A stretch of 64,000 bases of DNA. Source: Sphyrna mokarran (lineage: Eukaryota). This document shows, one piece after another, positions 1 through 12,690 of this stretch (its first letter is position 1; each line of letters opens with the position of its first letter). The notes beneath the pieces were generated by a model that was not told the origin of the DNA, ran no database searches, and saw nothing but the letters and a program-made list of their open reading frames with translations. The position numbers and the translations under genes were made by a program. The stretch lies in assembly GCA_024679065.1 (NCBI GenBank), contig JAGIQG010000010.1, positions 62,992,001 through 63,056,000 of the forward strand, in the 5' to 3' direction.

Positions 1-199
1 TCTCTTGCTCCTGTAGACTAATCCCTCTTTTTAATTTTCTATATCTTGCCTCTTGCGTCACTGGATACACTGGGTTTGTTATTTTGTCTGCCCCTCAGGG
101 TCTGGACAACTCTCTCTGAATCTATTCACCCAAAAACAGGCACTTGGTTGAGTATCCCTCTTTTCCAAACTTCAATTAAATCAAATACTTACAGATAGG

Positions 200-620
200 T
201 TGTGCCATCACAATTTATTTGCCTCATCTCCAATACATTAGATAGTGCCACTTCAAGTATTGTCAATGGGCTTCAGACTTTGTTAGGAGCCCAAAGTATT
301 TATTGATAAAGAGAAATTTGGTACAGATATTGCAGCCCTAGGATGTCTTGGAGCAGCATTCCGGATCTTATATGCTTGCTACATGGTTTCAAGATGTATT
401 CTGCCCGAGAGAGGACTACATCCTCTGGGCTGATCACTCACTCTCGGTTCCATTAGTCCCTCAAGTCAGTTGACCCTGTTTTCCAAGCTGTCTTAAAGAG
501 ATAGAAAGCACGATCATGACAGGGTGAAATCAAATGACTTTACTGAGGTAGAAATAGGTGGCTTAGTACTGGCACAAATATGAGGCCAGAAGCACATCTT
601 AGGATCAAATATAACAACAA
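200..620 (+). mobile_element. Possible highly decayed Gypsy integrase C-terminal remnant
   Basis: Broken-frame peptides NGL..FVRSPKYLLIK and KHDHDRVKSNDFTEVEIGGLVLAQ loosely resemble the SNG.AER.V and QK..YDR...L..GD.V segments of Gypsy integrases. Confidence 0.3.
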
Positions 621-720
621 AGTTGCAAACAAAATGGTTTATTCTCAGACTGTTCCTAGGGAGTCAATAGCTAGGAACTGGAATTTAAAGTGGAGACCAA
701 TAATCTTCAGTCTATTTCTC

Positions 721-1041
721 TTTTATTCATCATTCATGGAATGTGGCTGTCATTGGGTAGGCCAGTATTTATTGCCCATCCCTATCTGCCCTTCAATTGC
801 ATGGCTGGCTCAGCCATTTTAGAAGGCAGGTATGAGTCAACTATATTGCTGCGCATTTGGACTCCCATATAGGCTAGGTCACTTCAGTGAATCAGACAAC
901 AATCAACATTGATTTCATGGTCATCATTCGACTTTCAATTCCACCATCTGCAATGGTGGGATTCCAACCCGGGTCCCTACAGCATTCCCTGGGTCTCTGA
1001 ATTACTAGTCCAGTGACAATACTGTGATGCCACTGCTTCCC
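721..1041 (-). mobile_element. tRNA-derived SINE (family B, tail shared with CR1-group LINE family B), internally deleted
   Basis: Reverse strand reads GGGAAGCAGTGGCATC...GGACTAGTAATTCAGAG...GGGTTGGAATCCC (A/B-box-like) and ends GGGCAATAAATACTGGCC...CACATTCCATGAATG. Homologous to 16828-17182 and 39180-39532. Confidence 0.85.
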
Positions 1042-1981
1042 TGAGTATTTAGTACACCAAGAATTGCCCACCAAATCATGAGCTCTATTTTCCTATGGAG
1101 AAATGCTTCATCTCAAGATTCTCCATGATTTTACAAATTTGCAATGTAAAGAACTACAAGACAGTGAGGGAGAAGAAGCCAGTCTGTGTGCAGAGCTACA
1201 CAACAAGTTTTCATTATCTCTCTATACTACAAAATGTTAATTCAATCCTGCAAGTCATATAGAGTTGGAATTAACATACCTTTAAATCCAGAATCCAGAC
1301 TTCATGTTTTATTTCCTCTAAGGGAAGGGTTAATGCACAATTGCAGTTAGCTCCACCCCCCCTCTCGACTCTGGAAGGAGGGTATCAATGAAACCCTGTG
1401 CCTGCACGATAAATCACACACAAGTGTGCAATTTGGCAGTTTTCTGTAATGCTACTTACTTTCTACTGATGGAAAAAATCCGTCAGGACAATTAAAATCT
1501 CAAGCAAAACTGTCTCTTGGAAATGGTGACAGTTCAATGAAGGAAGGTCCTTAAATATAAAAAAGAAAATGCAGCAATCATTCAATGGGTCAGCCAGTCT
1601 CAATGGGTCAACCACTCTTTGAAGTGTTAGCCCAGGTTGGAAGAGGAAACAGAACTCAGTATGTCCTAATAGGACTCCGTGAGTAATTTTCACCATGAAT
1701 TTGTAAAACAAAAGCTGCCTCCTTTCTAAGTCAAATGAATTTTAACCCATTTGGGGGCTGAATGGTTTACAATACACCAGGATATTTTGCTTTATTTTTA
1801 TTGACAACAAGATCTGTTTCATTGTTGTATTCCTTCCATCTATTGAGTGATGGGAAATATCTGAAGGATTAAGAGATGTGGAAACATTTTAGAACTGTGG
1901 AAGTAACTGTTTTTTTTCCAAAGAATGTGAATCAATACCTCAACTTTTATCTAAAGTAGTGTGAAAGTAAAAACCGTGCAC

Positions 1982-2300
1982 TTTTTTTTGCAAAAATTTA
2001 CTTTATTCATATAAAATCTGAAAGGCATATTACTGTTACAACAATTTGAAATGTTAAGTACAATGATATTTACATTTTCTCCAGAGATCAAATTCAGTAA
2101 TCAGAACATTACATATATTTCAGAGTTGTTTATTTATGGCATTAAGTGCTAAGATCACTAAATAATTCACATGTTTTACTGTCAAAACTAACACTTTAAA
2201 GTCATATTCTGCTTTTCTTTTTCCATATCCGATACCAAATTGTTGTTCAGGGCGATTGCTTGCAGGACGTAATCATTCATTTCAGTTACTCTTTTGTACT
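1982..2300 (-). mobile_element. Probable L1/Tx1-type LINE 3' tail
   Basis: Reverse strand ends TGAATAAAGTAAATTTTTGCAAAAAAAA (polyA signal plus A tail). The 5' boundary is uncertain. Confidence 0.4.
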
Positions 2301-2361
2301 TACGTTAATTTTGATTCCATTTACATTTCTTACTATTTTCACCTCTTCTTTGCTGTATCCT

Positions 2362-2620
2362 CAGAATCATAATATGGTTTAGCACAGAAGGAGGCTAGTC
2401 AGCCCTTCATATCAGTGACAGCTGCCTGCAAGACCACTTCAATTAGTCTAACTCCCAGCAAGATTTTCTATCCAGATAATTATCCAATTTTCTTTCTATG
2501 GAAATGATTGAATCTGCCTCTACCACACTTTCAAGCAGTACATTTCAATTCCTAACAACCCATAGCTTAGAAAAGTTGCTCCAGATAGCCACATTTGGTT
2601 CTTTTGCCATTCGCCTGACA
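2362..2620 (-). mobile_element. CR1/HER-type LINE 3' end
   Basis: CAGAATCATAATATGGTTTAGCACAGAAGGAGGC... is the reverse complement of a CR1 3' terminus. Similar to 60445-60680. Confidence 0.7.
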
Positions 2621-2650
2621 TACTAATACCTGCCTTGGGTGGAGAAGAAT

Positions 2651-2990
2651 TAGAATCATAGAATCTTTACAATGCAGAAGAAGGCCATTTGGTCCATCAG
2701 GTCTGCACCAATCCTCTAATAGAATATTTTACTCCAGGCCCACCCCATCTCCATAACCTCACACATTTACCCCACTTATCCCCTAAACTACACATCTTGA
2801 GATAGTAAGGCACAATTTAACATGGTCAATCCACCTAACCTACACACTTTCAGACTGTGAGAGGAAACCAAAGTATCTGGAGGAAGCCCATATAGACATG
2901 GGGAGAACATGCAATTTCCACCCAAGGCTAGAATTGCACCAGAGTTCCTGATGCTATGAAGTAACATGCTAACCACTGTATCACTGTGCC
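2651..2990 (-). mobile_element. HE1-type V-SINE, full length
   Basis: Reverse strand: GGCACAGTGATACAGTGGTTAGC head, V-domain GCATGTTCTCCCCATGTCTATATGGGCTTCCTCC, tail ending GATTCTATGATTCTA. Confidence 0.9.
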
Positions 2991-3611
2991 ACTTTTTAAT
3001 TATTTCCCATTAATTATTCCTCTGAAACTCTATCTAATCCTCAAGCTCTCACACTGACAGCAATGCAAAGTCTCAGAGGATTTCTCATAATAAAATCTCA
3101 GACTAATTAAAAAGACTCTAATTTCCCCAAAATATTAAAGAACAATCACATTCAAAAATGATTTTAAAAACCAGAGGACAGATTAATATCTGCCAACTTT
3201 CAGACTAATTTGACTGTCAGTAAGTAACTACTCAGCTAAGTTTCATTAGAGCAAACCTCGGAAGGTCTGAGTTTGGCAATGGTTTCAATTGCATATTACA
3301 TCCTGAATACATGCTTCACTTATGTACAGTCATACTCGAGATCCAACAAAAGCATTATAATGATTATCCATGAGTGAGCAGTAATTTTTTGACAGAAGTG
3401 TAATCCTAAGTCATCAACCCAATACAAAGAGCTGTCAATTGGTCTTAATCAGTCAGATAAGTTTCTTGTTATGTTCTTTATATACTGCCGGATCTATATT
3501 ACGCCAATATTGAAGATGCTGATCACCTCAGGGGAGGGTACTTTGATGTTCCCAACTTAGAAAACCTCCTCACACTTATCTTATTCAATAGAAAGTGTAC
3601 TTTGCTAGCCA

Positions 3612-3877
3612 TCCTGCAGAAGGGAAACAGATAATAAAAATTTAGTGTCATGCACCAACCAACTCAAGAACAGCTTCTTCCCAGCTGCCATCAGATTTTT
3701 GAATGGACCTACCTTATAGTAAGTTGACCATACTCTAGCTATTACTGTAACATTACATTCTATACCCTCTTCTTTCCTTCTCTCCAATGTATTCCATGAA
3801 TGGTATGCTTTGTATAGTGCACAGGAAACAATAGTTTTCACTGTATGCCAGTACATGTGACAACAATAAATTAAATG
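3612..3877 (+). mobile_element. Rex1/Babar-type LINE 3' end
   Basis: Encodes TNQLKNSFFPAAIRFLN (Rex1-like ORF C-terminus), then a 3' UTR ending CATGTGACAACAATAAATTAAAT. Confidence 0.8.
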
Positions 3878-5094
3878 AAGAGTTGGGTGCTGTAATGCTC
3901 CATCATATACACAAGGACTCTGATTCTTTCCTTTATATTACACTGGGTTTCCTTTCACTTCATTTTGCGTCTCATCCCCCACTGCCTCCTTGACAATAAC
4001 AGTTGTTAAACTTAATCTTGAAACTTTGTACAGGTTGAAACAATTGTTGTCCCCATATACAACCAATTAAAGTGCACATGTCCCTTTAGATCTGAGATAA
4101 TTGCCAGATTTTGTCTAGCCCTCGTTTGATTATCCCATTGCACAAGTAATGAAGTCAAAGCTATAGAAGGAACTATGAACAATTATTCAAATGAACTAAT
4201 GAGCAATTTGCAGCTACACATAAACAGGATCATAACCACATGTGGGAATTGGCTAAGAGAGAAAAAGATTAGGGAAGTAAACATGTGGTTAAAGGAATGG
4301 TGTGGGAAAGAAAGGTTCCACTTCGTGGGGCACTGGCATTGATAATGGAACAGGAAAGAAGTGTACCAATGGGAAGGGCACCACCTGAACTGATCTCGGA
4401 CCAGGATCCTAGCAGAAAGGCTAAATAGAGAAGTCACAAGGACTTTAAACTAGTTACTGGGGAGTAGGGCTCAGTAGAAGTTAGTAAAGGTTCCAGAAAT
4501 AGTCATAGAGAAGAGAGTACGGAAAAGGGATAACATTGGGAAGAGGGGTAGCAATGCAGTGCTGAGAGTGCTGTATCTAAATGCATGCAGTATACGGACA
4601 TGGTGAATGAGCTGGAAGTGCACATTGTAATTGGAGGGTACGATATTGCGGGCATCACAAGACACAGTTGCAAGTGGATCTGATCATTAAGGATATGTAT
4701 CCTATCGAAAGGACAGACAGATAGGTAGAGGAGACGGGATTACCTTATTGGTAAGAAACAAAATTAAATCATTAGTAGAAAGTGGTACAGGATCGGACAA
4801 TAGAATCTGTGTGGATAGATTTGAGGAATCACAAAGGTAAAAAGATCTTAGTGGAAGTTATGTAGAGGTCCTCAACAGTAGCCAGGATTTAGACAGAAAA
4901 TCAATCAGGGGATAGAAAAGGCATGTAAGAAAGCAATATTATGATAATCATAGAGATTTCAATATGCAGGTGGACTGGGTAAATCAAGTTCGTAAATTAA
5001 AGAATTTGTGGAATGTCTATGGGATGATTCTTTGGAGCAGTTTGTGCGAAAGCCCGCTAGGGAACAGGCATTTCTGGACCTGATACTATGTAAT

Positions 5095-5390
5095 CATAGA
5101 ATTCCTGCATCGCAGAAGGATGCCATTTGGCCCATTGAGTCTGCACCAACTACAATCCCATCAGGCTCTATTCCCACAACCGATCATATTTAACCTGCTA
5201 ATCCCCAACATTCGGGTTAATTTAACATAGGCAATCAAACTAATAGTCACATCTTTGGAATGTGGAAGGAAATCGGAATATCTGGTGGAAACCCATGTAG
5301 ACACGGGAGAATATGCAAACTCCACATAGACAATGACCTGAGGCTGGAATTGAATCCGGGTCCCTGCCACTGTGCTACCCACGATGCCCA
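5095..5390 (-). mobile_element. HE1-type V-SINE nested in CR1 ORF2
   Basis: It splits the CR1 peptide DLILCN|EADLIRE. TAAT is present on both sides (5091-5094 and 5391-5394). Confidence 0.9.
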
Positions 5391-5439
5391 TAATGAGGCA
5401 GACTTGATCAGGGAATTTAGGGGGCAACGATCACAATAC

Positions 5440-5765
5440 AGCAGATGGTCTCAACCAGGATCTTGAGTTCATGTCACACTATCTGTAACCCCCATGATTT
5501 GTCTGGGCTTGCAAAATCTCACTGTCCTGGCTGAAGACAATAACCTGTTCTTAACCCTCTCTCCACTCGCATTGTCTGCACTTTTAAGACTTGATTACTT
5601 GTAAAGATCTGCATTCTAACCATTATTTTGTAAATTGAGTTTGTGTCTTTATATGCCCTGTTTGTGAATTGAAATCTCACTCACTTGATGAAGGAGCAGC
5701 ACTCTGAAAGGTAGTGGCTCGTGCAAACAGATAAACCTGTTGGATTTTAATCTGGTATTACTGTG
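5440..5765 (+). mobile_element. Penelope-like element 3' end/pseudo-LTR nested in CR1
   Basis: GLNQDLEFMSHYL* (GIY-YIG C-terminus), then a pLTR with a hammerhead-like motif and ATAAACCTGTTGGATTTTAATCTGGT. CR1 sequence is deleted at the junction. Confidence 0.8.
5682..5717 (+). ncRNA. Minimal type I hammerhead ribozyme relic (PLE pLTR), degenerate
   Basis: CAC-TTGATGA-A-GGAGC-AGC-ACTCT-GAAA-GG-TA-GTG. Core C3 is changed to T. Confidence 0.6.
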
Positions 5766-7741
5766 ACAAGGGAAATCAGGGATAACATAAAAGCAAAGGA
5801 AAGAGCATACTGTGAGGCGAGGTATAGAGGGAATTGGGAAGCTTTTAAAAGTAAGGAGAGGACAACTAAAAAGACAATAAGAATGGAGAAGATAAAATAT
5901 GAGAGTAAGGAAGCTAATAATCTGAAAGAAGATTCCAAGAGTTTTCTTTAGATATATAAAAGATAAGAAAGAGGCAAGAATGAACATTGGACCACTGGAA
6001 AATTAGGCTGACGTAGTAATGAGGGCAAAGCAACAGTATAGCAACTGAATTAATCCTTTGTATTAGTCTTCATGGTAGAAGACAACAGTAACATGCCAAA
6101 ACCTCAAGAGAGTCGTGGGCAGAGGCAAATGTAGTGGCCATCACTAAGGAGAAGACGCTAGGGAAGCTGAAAGTCTGAAGGTGGATAAAGCACCAGACTG
6201 GATGGACTACTCCCCAGGGTTCTGAAGGAGATAGTTGGGGAGATTGTGGAGGCATTGGTGGTAATCTTTCAGGAATGACTGGAGTCAGGGAAGGTACCAG
6301 AGGACTGGCAAGTAGCTACTGTAACACTGTTGTTTTTAAGAAGGGAGGGAGGCAGAAGGAATTCTAGGCCAAATTAGCCTGACCTCGGTTGTGTGTAAGA
6401 GCATGAGGTCCATATTAGGAATGAAATTGTGGAGTATTTGGAAGTGTATGGTAAAATAGGGCTGAATCATCACATCTTCGTCTAAGGGAGATCATATCTG
6501 ACAAATCTGTTAGAATTCTTTGAGGAGATAATAAAGAAGTTAGACAAAGGATGTAATTTATTTCGATTTCCAGAAAGCCTTTGACAAGATGCTTTACAGG
6601 AAGCTGCTAAATAAGCTAAGAGTTAGAGGCAAGGTACTGGCATGGATAGAAGATTGTCTAACAGACAGAAGGTGAAGAATGGGGATAAGGGGGTCCTTTT
6701 CAGGATGGCCACCAGTCACTGGTGATATTCCACAGGGGACAGCGGTGGGACCACAGCTTTTCATTATGTACATTAATGATCTGGAAAATGGAACTGAGGA
6801 TATGGTTGCTAAATTTGTGGATGATACAAAGATATGTAACGGGACAGGTAGTGGTGCAGAAGTGGGGAGGCTACAGAATGACTTGAACAGGTTAGGAGAG
6901 TGGGCAAAGCAGTGACAGATAGGATACATTGTGGGAAAGTATGATGTGACGCACTTTGGGAGGAAGAACAGAGACATAGAATATTTTCTAAATGGGAAAA
7001 GGCTTCAGAAACCTGAAGCACAAAACGACTTGGGAGTCCTGGTTCAGGACTTTCCTCAAGGTTAACCTGCAAGTTCAGCTGGCAGTTAGGAAGGCAAATT
7101 CAATGTTAGCATTCATTTATAGAGGGCTAGAATACAAGGGCAGAGATGTACTTCTGAAGTTGTATAAGATTCTGTCCCATTCGGAATATTGCGAGCAGTT
7201 TTGAGCTCCATACCTAAGGAAGGATGTGCTTGCTTCTTTTTTAGGGGAGGGAAGGGGGAAGGGGGTGGGATGGTTCACAAGAATGACTCCAGAAATGAAG
7301 GATTTGTCATATGAGAGCAATTGAGGAGTCTTAGTCTATACTCAATGGAGTTTAGAAGGATAAGGGGGGGAATCTAATTGAAAGTTACAGAATCTAATTG
7401 AAAGTTACAGAATATTGAGAGGCCTAGAAAGAGTGGGAGAGACTAGAACTTGAGCGCACAACCTCAAGGTGAAGGGATGTTCCTTTAAAACTGAGATGAG
7501 AAGAAATTTCTCCAGCCAGAGGGTGGTGAATCTGTGAAACTCATTGCCACAGGAGGTTGTAAAGGCCAAGTCATTGGGTATCATTAATACAGAGATATAT
7601 AGATTCTTGATCAATAAGGGATTAAGTATTACAAGGAGAAGGGAAGAGAATGGAGATGAGAATGATATCAGCCATGATTGAATGGCGGAGCAGTCTAGAT
7701 GGACTGGATGGCTGAATTCTCCTATATCTTATGGTGTTATG

Positions 7742-7868
7742 GTGTCAGGAAGATTAGTATAATAAATATGTGGGGTTTCAGGAATAAGGCCTGGGTGGGG
7801 TTATTGTCAACGCAGTCTTGATGGGCCACATGACCTCTTTCTGCACTATGGGGATTCTACGATTCTAT
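7742..7868 (+). mobile_element. HE1-type V-SINE, 3' half
   Basis: AAATATGTGGGGTTTCAGGAATAAGGCCTGGGTGGGG...TTCTGCACTATGGGGATTCTACGATTCTAT. Confidence 0.85.
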
Positions 7869-9030
7869 CATCAAGGAAAATATCAAACAATGGCAGACAT
7901 ACTATCCAGAGCTATGATCAAACCTCCTGCAACATATGATGTCAAGCTGGTTAAAGAGTTATACATCCAACTGTTGAAGAGACAACTGCCAAGAATACAT
8001 GCGAGATGAGGAGTGTGCATCTGCTGTTGTCAACAAAGATGATGACAGCAGAGGCCGGACAACAATGTTATAAAAACGTGGTTTGAACATCAGAAATACT
8101 GTACCACCCACAAATGATCTTCTAGGATACAACAGGTAGTTGGTCATTCCAGTCTTCCTTCAGCTGGAAATTCTACAACAAATTCACCAAGGTCACCAAG
8201 GCATTTCAAAATGTAGAGCGTGTACCCACTCTGCAGTATGGTGGTTGGCAATCTTAAAAGCCACTGAAGAAATGATCAAAATGGCAGGTGGCCACAAATC
8301 GGACCAGAGAGAGCCCTTCATTCCCATACATAGTTTCCTACCAAGTCACAGGAAATTAGAAAGTAATTAATTTTCTTTAGTATCAAGTCCTTCTCCTCAC
8401 TGTTGACTTTCATCTGATGGATTGAGAAAAACAATTACACATGACAACCAGTAAAACAGTCATAATATCCTTGAAGGAAATGTTTGCGAATCTTGACACC
8501 CCATGCCAGGTGGTGCCTGATAATGGCCCACAGTTTGCAAATGAATACCTCATCCAATTTGCTATCAGTTATGATTTTCAACACCGCACTAGCCTTACCA
8601 AGGTATTCACAATTGGATGGTGAGGCAGAAAAGATAGTTTGCATCATTGCACCTCTTTTGAGAAAGAACGATGACTTCCCAATGGTGTTTTTACACTGTT
8701 ACAATGCAGATTCTGATGACAGAAAACTCCACACCCAAATCCCAATGCTATCAAAGAAACTCATCACAGGGTTGGCAGTCAAGGGCTGCTGGAACATTCA
8801 AGGCCAAGAACAGTCCTGCAGGCGGAGACAGGCTTCTGCCCACTATCGTAGTTAAGACACTATTAACCTGCCACAGTTCAACAAAAGGAACAGGGTGTGG
8901 ATCAGGGCCCGTGAAAGAGAGGTTGTCATTGTCTGGAAAGACGATAACTATCCAAGGTCATGCCTCATCCATACACCAGAAAATTAGGAGGAACATGAGG
9001 AGAATCTTCCTCATCCTTGAAGCAAACCTC
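7869..9030 (+). mobile_element. Gypsy LTR retrotransposon pol remnant (RNase H end and integrase)
   Basis: GKYQTMADILSRA; VIP...ILQQIHQGHQGISKCRA..SAVWW (integrase zinc-binding region); LKEMFA...VVPDNGPQF and PRYSQLDGEAEKIV (integrase core). Frameshifted. Confidence 0.9.
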
Positions 9031-9039
9031 ACACTTGAG

Positions 9040-9329
9040 CACAGAAACCTACAGCACATCAGTCGATGGGTCAGCCCATCGCGTCTGCACCGACCACAAT
9101 CCCACCTGCCCTATTCCCATAACCCCATGCATTTATCCTAGCTAGACTCCCTGACAGTAAGGGTCAATTTAGCACAGCCAGTCCCTCTAACCCACAGATC
9201 TTTCAATTGTAGGAGGAAACCAGAACACCTGGGGAGAATGTGCAAACTCCACATTAATGACTCAAGCCGTGATTCGAACCTGGGTCCCTGATACTGTGAG
9301 ACAGCAATATTACAGTACTATTGTGCCAC
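9040..9329 (-). mobile_element. HE1-type V-SINE nested in the Gypsy 3' region
   Basis: CACAGAAACCTACAGC...CCGACCACAATCCCACC...GGGGAGAATGTGCAAACTCCAC...TTCGAACCTGGGTCCCTG. Confidence 0.88.
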
Positions 9330-9550
9330 TTCTTCTGGAGAAGACAACAAAATTCCAGAAACACAGTCTACAACTTGAATTCTGAATCAATGTGACCAGA
9401 ACGAGATCTGAAAAAAAAATCAAGCTTCTAGATCGTCTGAATCAAGACACTAGATTGTCTGAATTTATAAAACAGAGAGACTTGAAGGAGTTAGGAAAGG
9501 GAGAAGAAGATTGTAATATAAAAGCATTGGATAAAGACTTGGTAGGAGAT

Positions 9551-9776
9551 GTAAAATCATTATGATGTAAAGAGACACATGGCCTGAGATTAGGGTTGTG
9601 GACTGGACACAGACCTATGTAGAAGAAAGTATGGAGGTAGCTCATAGTTTGGGCTATATGCAGTATATAAAATTATATATATGATATACATTGTTACATG
9701 TTGTCAATAAATTCTTAATGTTCAACCATGCAAGATTCAGAACCATTTTTGAGATGTACTGAACAGACATATAACA
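9551..9776 (+). mobile_element. Probable 3' LTR of the Gypsy element
   Basis: Purine tract (GGTAGGAGA) directly before TGTAA, internal AATAAA near 9706, terminal ATAACA. Lies downstream of the integrase. Confidence 0.6.
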
Positions 9777-11414
9777 TGAATTACAATGGATGGAATTTTC
9801 TGCTCCTGCCAACAGCAGGAATCAGAGTGGACAGGGCATTTAATATCACGGGAGGCAACACAGGTGTTCCCTGGTGATGGAATAAACTATTGGAATTCTG
9901 TTCTCCAAAATCTCAAAGCAGGTTAAAGACAGGTAGATCTTCCCAATGAACAATGTTGGGAAATGATTTATATGCATTTACGTCTTATTTGTAAGCTCAT
10001 TAAAAGGTCATCTTTCTGCAATTAAGTGTCATGCTAGTGGGAAATTAGAGCATTCAGTTTTACTGTATATAAGTGGAATGCATCTGTATATAAGTGGAAA
10101 AGCTTCACTTCTCCCGCAACTTGAGGTCTGTAGATGTTGCATTCTCCTTCATTTGTGTGCCATTAGCAAACACTGCCCAAGGCTGGATAAGGAAAACAAC
10201 AAAGACTGGAAGGGAAGGGTTGAGTGAAAGAATGGAGTGAATACTGGACAGCAGAAGCAGACTTACGTGAGAATTGTGGGGAGAGTGGCTGCAGAGAGGA
10301 GAGGAGGGTAATGTCCAGGGAAAGGAGTGGGAGAGTGTCTGGGGAGAAGAAGGGAGCCACTGAAAAGGTGAGATTGGTAGCGTTAATGATGGAATCCTTG
10401 GGGGAATAATTCAAGTGTACTTGGAACAGGAGGGAACAGTCAAGGCCAGAGAGGTTGTGGGATGCAGTAGGATGGCAGATTTAGGATGAGAGTTTGGTAG
10501 ATGGGTCACAGAGGTGATAAGTCAGATGTCCCCGATTACAGGAGGTGGCAGGGTCAGAGTGGGTAGAGGGGCAGTAATAGGAATTGACTCTGAGGCGGGA
10601 GAGGCCTGTGAAGGTGGATAGTGATTGAGCCCAGGGTAATGTGGAGGGATTCAAGGGTGAGAGATGAGACCAATGTGATATTGAGTTGTTCCAGGGTGAT
10701 GGGGGGAAGCTGCCGGTTGAGACGGAAGTTGGTGGAGAGAGTTGAAAAGTGATGTGCAGCATTTTTCCAAGTGAACCTTGAACACAAATTAGTCAGTAAG
10801 AATTCTTCACCTGGGTAGTTGGACCTTTCTGATGGATAGAGTTCAAGATCAGCACAAGTGGCCATGTAAAAGGACCTTGATAATTATAAAACCCCTTGGT
10901 GCCAGATTTGCTAATTGTGTTCTCTCTCTGTGATGAAGCTGCATTGCAGTAGGCTTGTTCCTAACTCATGGGTCCAAAACATCAAGATCTCAGCAAGGTG
11001 TGGAGCTGCCATTCATTCTGTGCCACTTGCTACTGACTGCAGCCAGAAACAGGGAGAAGGGGAGGTTGAGGAATGAATACCTCCAAGAACACAACTGGTG
11101 GAAGGTTAGCAAACTGGCAACTCCATAGTCTTTTTATGCTGCCAAGGCAATGGTCACTCTGTAGAGTGGTGGAGACCAGCAGAAAAGCATCCGGGTGAGG
11201 TTTCTTGCACATGGCTTTTACCATCCGGCTCAAATATCAATGTCTCCATATACATTCATCTACCAACAGAAGAATATATATTTCTGATCCTCCAGCTTGT
11301 CCTATGTCTGAGAAGGGTGGAGTGGGGTTACCATGTCTAGATGGAAGCCAGATGAAAGACTTAGCACCACCCTGTTGCCTTTGAGATTGAAGGACACCTG
11401 ATGAAGGACTTGCT

Positions 11415-11560
11415 TATTGGATGAAGGGTCGTCCAGATTCTAAAAGATAGTTCTATTCTCTCACCACAAATGTTGTCGGGTTGGTTGAGATTTTCCAGCA
11501 TTTTCTGATTTTATTTCAGATTCCAGCATTCACAGTATTTTGCTTTTAATTTTGCTTTTT
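11415..11560 (+). mobile_element. Penelope-like pseudo-LTR (second type), with degenerate hammerhead
   Basis: GATGAAGGGTCGTCCAGATTCTAAAA...TGAGATTTTCCAGCATTTTCTGATTTTATTTCAGATTCCAGCA. Similar to 36240-36330, 36820-36912 and 61741-61850. Confidence 0.7.
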
Positions 11561-12054
11561 TAAGGTACCATTTCAATCCTTTTACACATCCACTGAGGTG
11601 CTGATGATGTAGACAGCAGGTAACCCTGTCTTAGCTCTCATCCATAAGAAGAGGAGAACCCATCGCCGTTTGGCACAGGACCATGAGGAGCAAGGATCTG
11701 AGTAACCAGAGGTGGTGGGGCTTCTACAACATCAAGATGCTAGTGGATATCAACCATTGCTACAGCCCAAACACGGGTACTTCTTAGCTAGAGATAAGCA
11801 AAAGGCAACGCAAGAGACACCTTCACGTATCTCAGAATCTGGCTTTTCACAACTGCCTGCTTCTCCTGTACAGGCTGTGGTCACCAAGACTCTGGAAGAA
11901 TAATGCAGAGCTCCTAGACTGCACTGAGTGAGTGAACGTGTGTCCAAATGCCCTTTAAATAGTGTGCCACGGTCTTTGATCCCATAAGGTAACAGCGGGC
12001 TGGGCATCTACTGCCAACCCTAACATGAGATTCAAGCTCTTCACTGATAAAAAA

Positions 12055-12690
12055 TTAATGAGCATTTATTGTGAGGGAGTTGAATACAAAAATAGGGAGG
12101 TTATGCTTCAGTTGTACAGGGCATTATTTGAGACCACATCTGAAATATTATCTACAGCACTGGTCTCATTACTTAAGGAAATATGTAGGTGCATTAGTAA
12201 CAGTTCAGAGAATGTTTACTAGGCCAATACTAGGAATGAACAGGTTGTTCAAATTTTGGTGAAAATTTGGAGCAATTAGGTTTGCATCTACTAGAGTTTA
12301 GAAGAGTAAGAAATGATTTGATTGAAACCTTTAAGATCCTAAGAGGCATTCACAGGTGGGTGTGGAGACAGTGTTTCCCCTTGTTCGAGAACCTAAAATA
12401 AATAAGATTAAAATAAGGAGGTCACCCATCTATGACAGAGATATGGACAGAAATATGGACAGAGATTTCTCCCAGACAGTCAGGAGTCTCTGGAACTCTT
12501 ACTCTAAAGACAATGGAGGCTTCAATGTTTTTAAGACTAGGCTAAATGGATTCTTGATTAACAAGGAGGTGAAAGATATTTGGGGGACATTAGATTGTGG
12601 AGTTGAGGTTACATCAGACCAGATATGATCATATTGAATGGTGGAGCAGGTTCAGGGGGCTAAATGGCCTACTCCTCCTAATTCATATGT
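12055..12690 (+). mobile_element. CR1/HER-type LINE 3' fragment
   Basis: GVEYKNREVMLQLYRAL..RPHL.Y (ORF2 C-terminus), then a 3' UTR ending AATGGCCTACTCCTCCTAATTCATATG. Confidence 0.88.

Larger units (their letters stand above)
4228..7742 (+). mobile_element. CR1/HER-type LINE, 5'-truncated and decayed (ORF1 end, endonuclease, RT, 3' UTR), with nested insertions
   Basis: ORF1 end WLKEWCGKERFHFVGHWH...GHHLN (SGNH-esterase-like). ORF2 LRVLYLNACSIR near 4560, FLDLILCN near 5075, and RT GDIPQGTAVGPQLFIMYINDL...KFVDDTK at 6720-6830. Ends in TTATGGTG repeats. Many stops and frameshifts. Confidence 0.93.

Noticed and set aside
1460-1549. Minus-strand exon-like segment with good acceptor (TTTTTATATTTAAG) and donor (GTAAGT)
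   Set aside because: Stops in all three frames. It could only be a non-coding or terminal exon, and nothing else supports it.
7371-12470. Short tandem duplications (20 bp at 7371, 16 bp at about 10063, 12 bp x3 at about 12434)
   Set aside because: Ordinary slippage duplications inside old repeats. No repeat-spacer structure, so not CRISPR-like.
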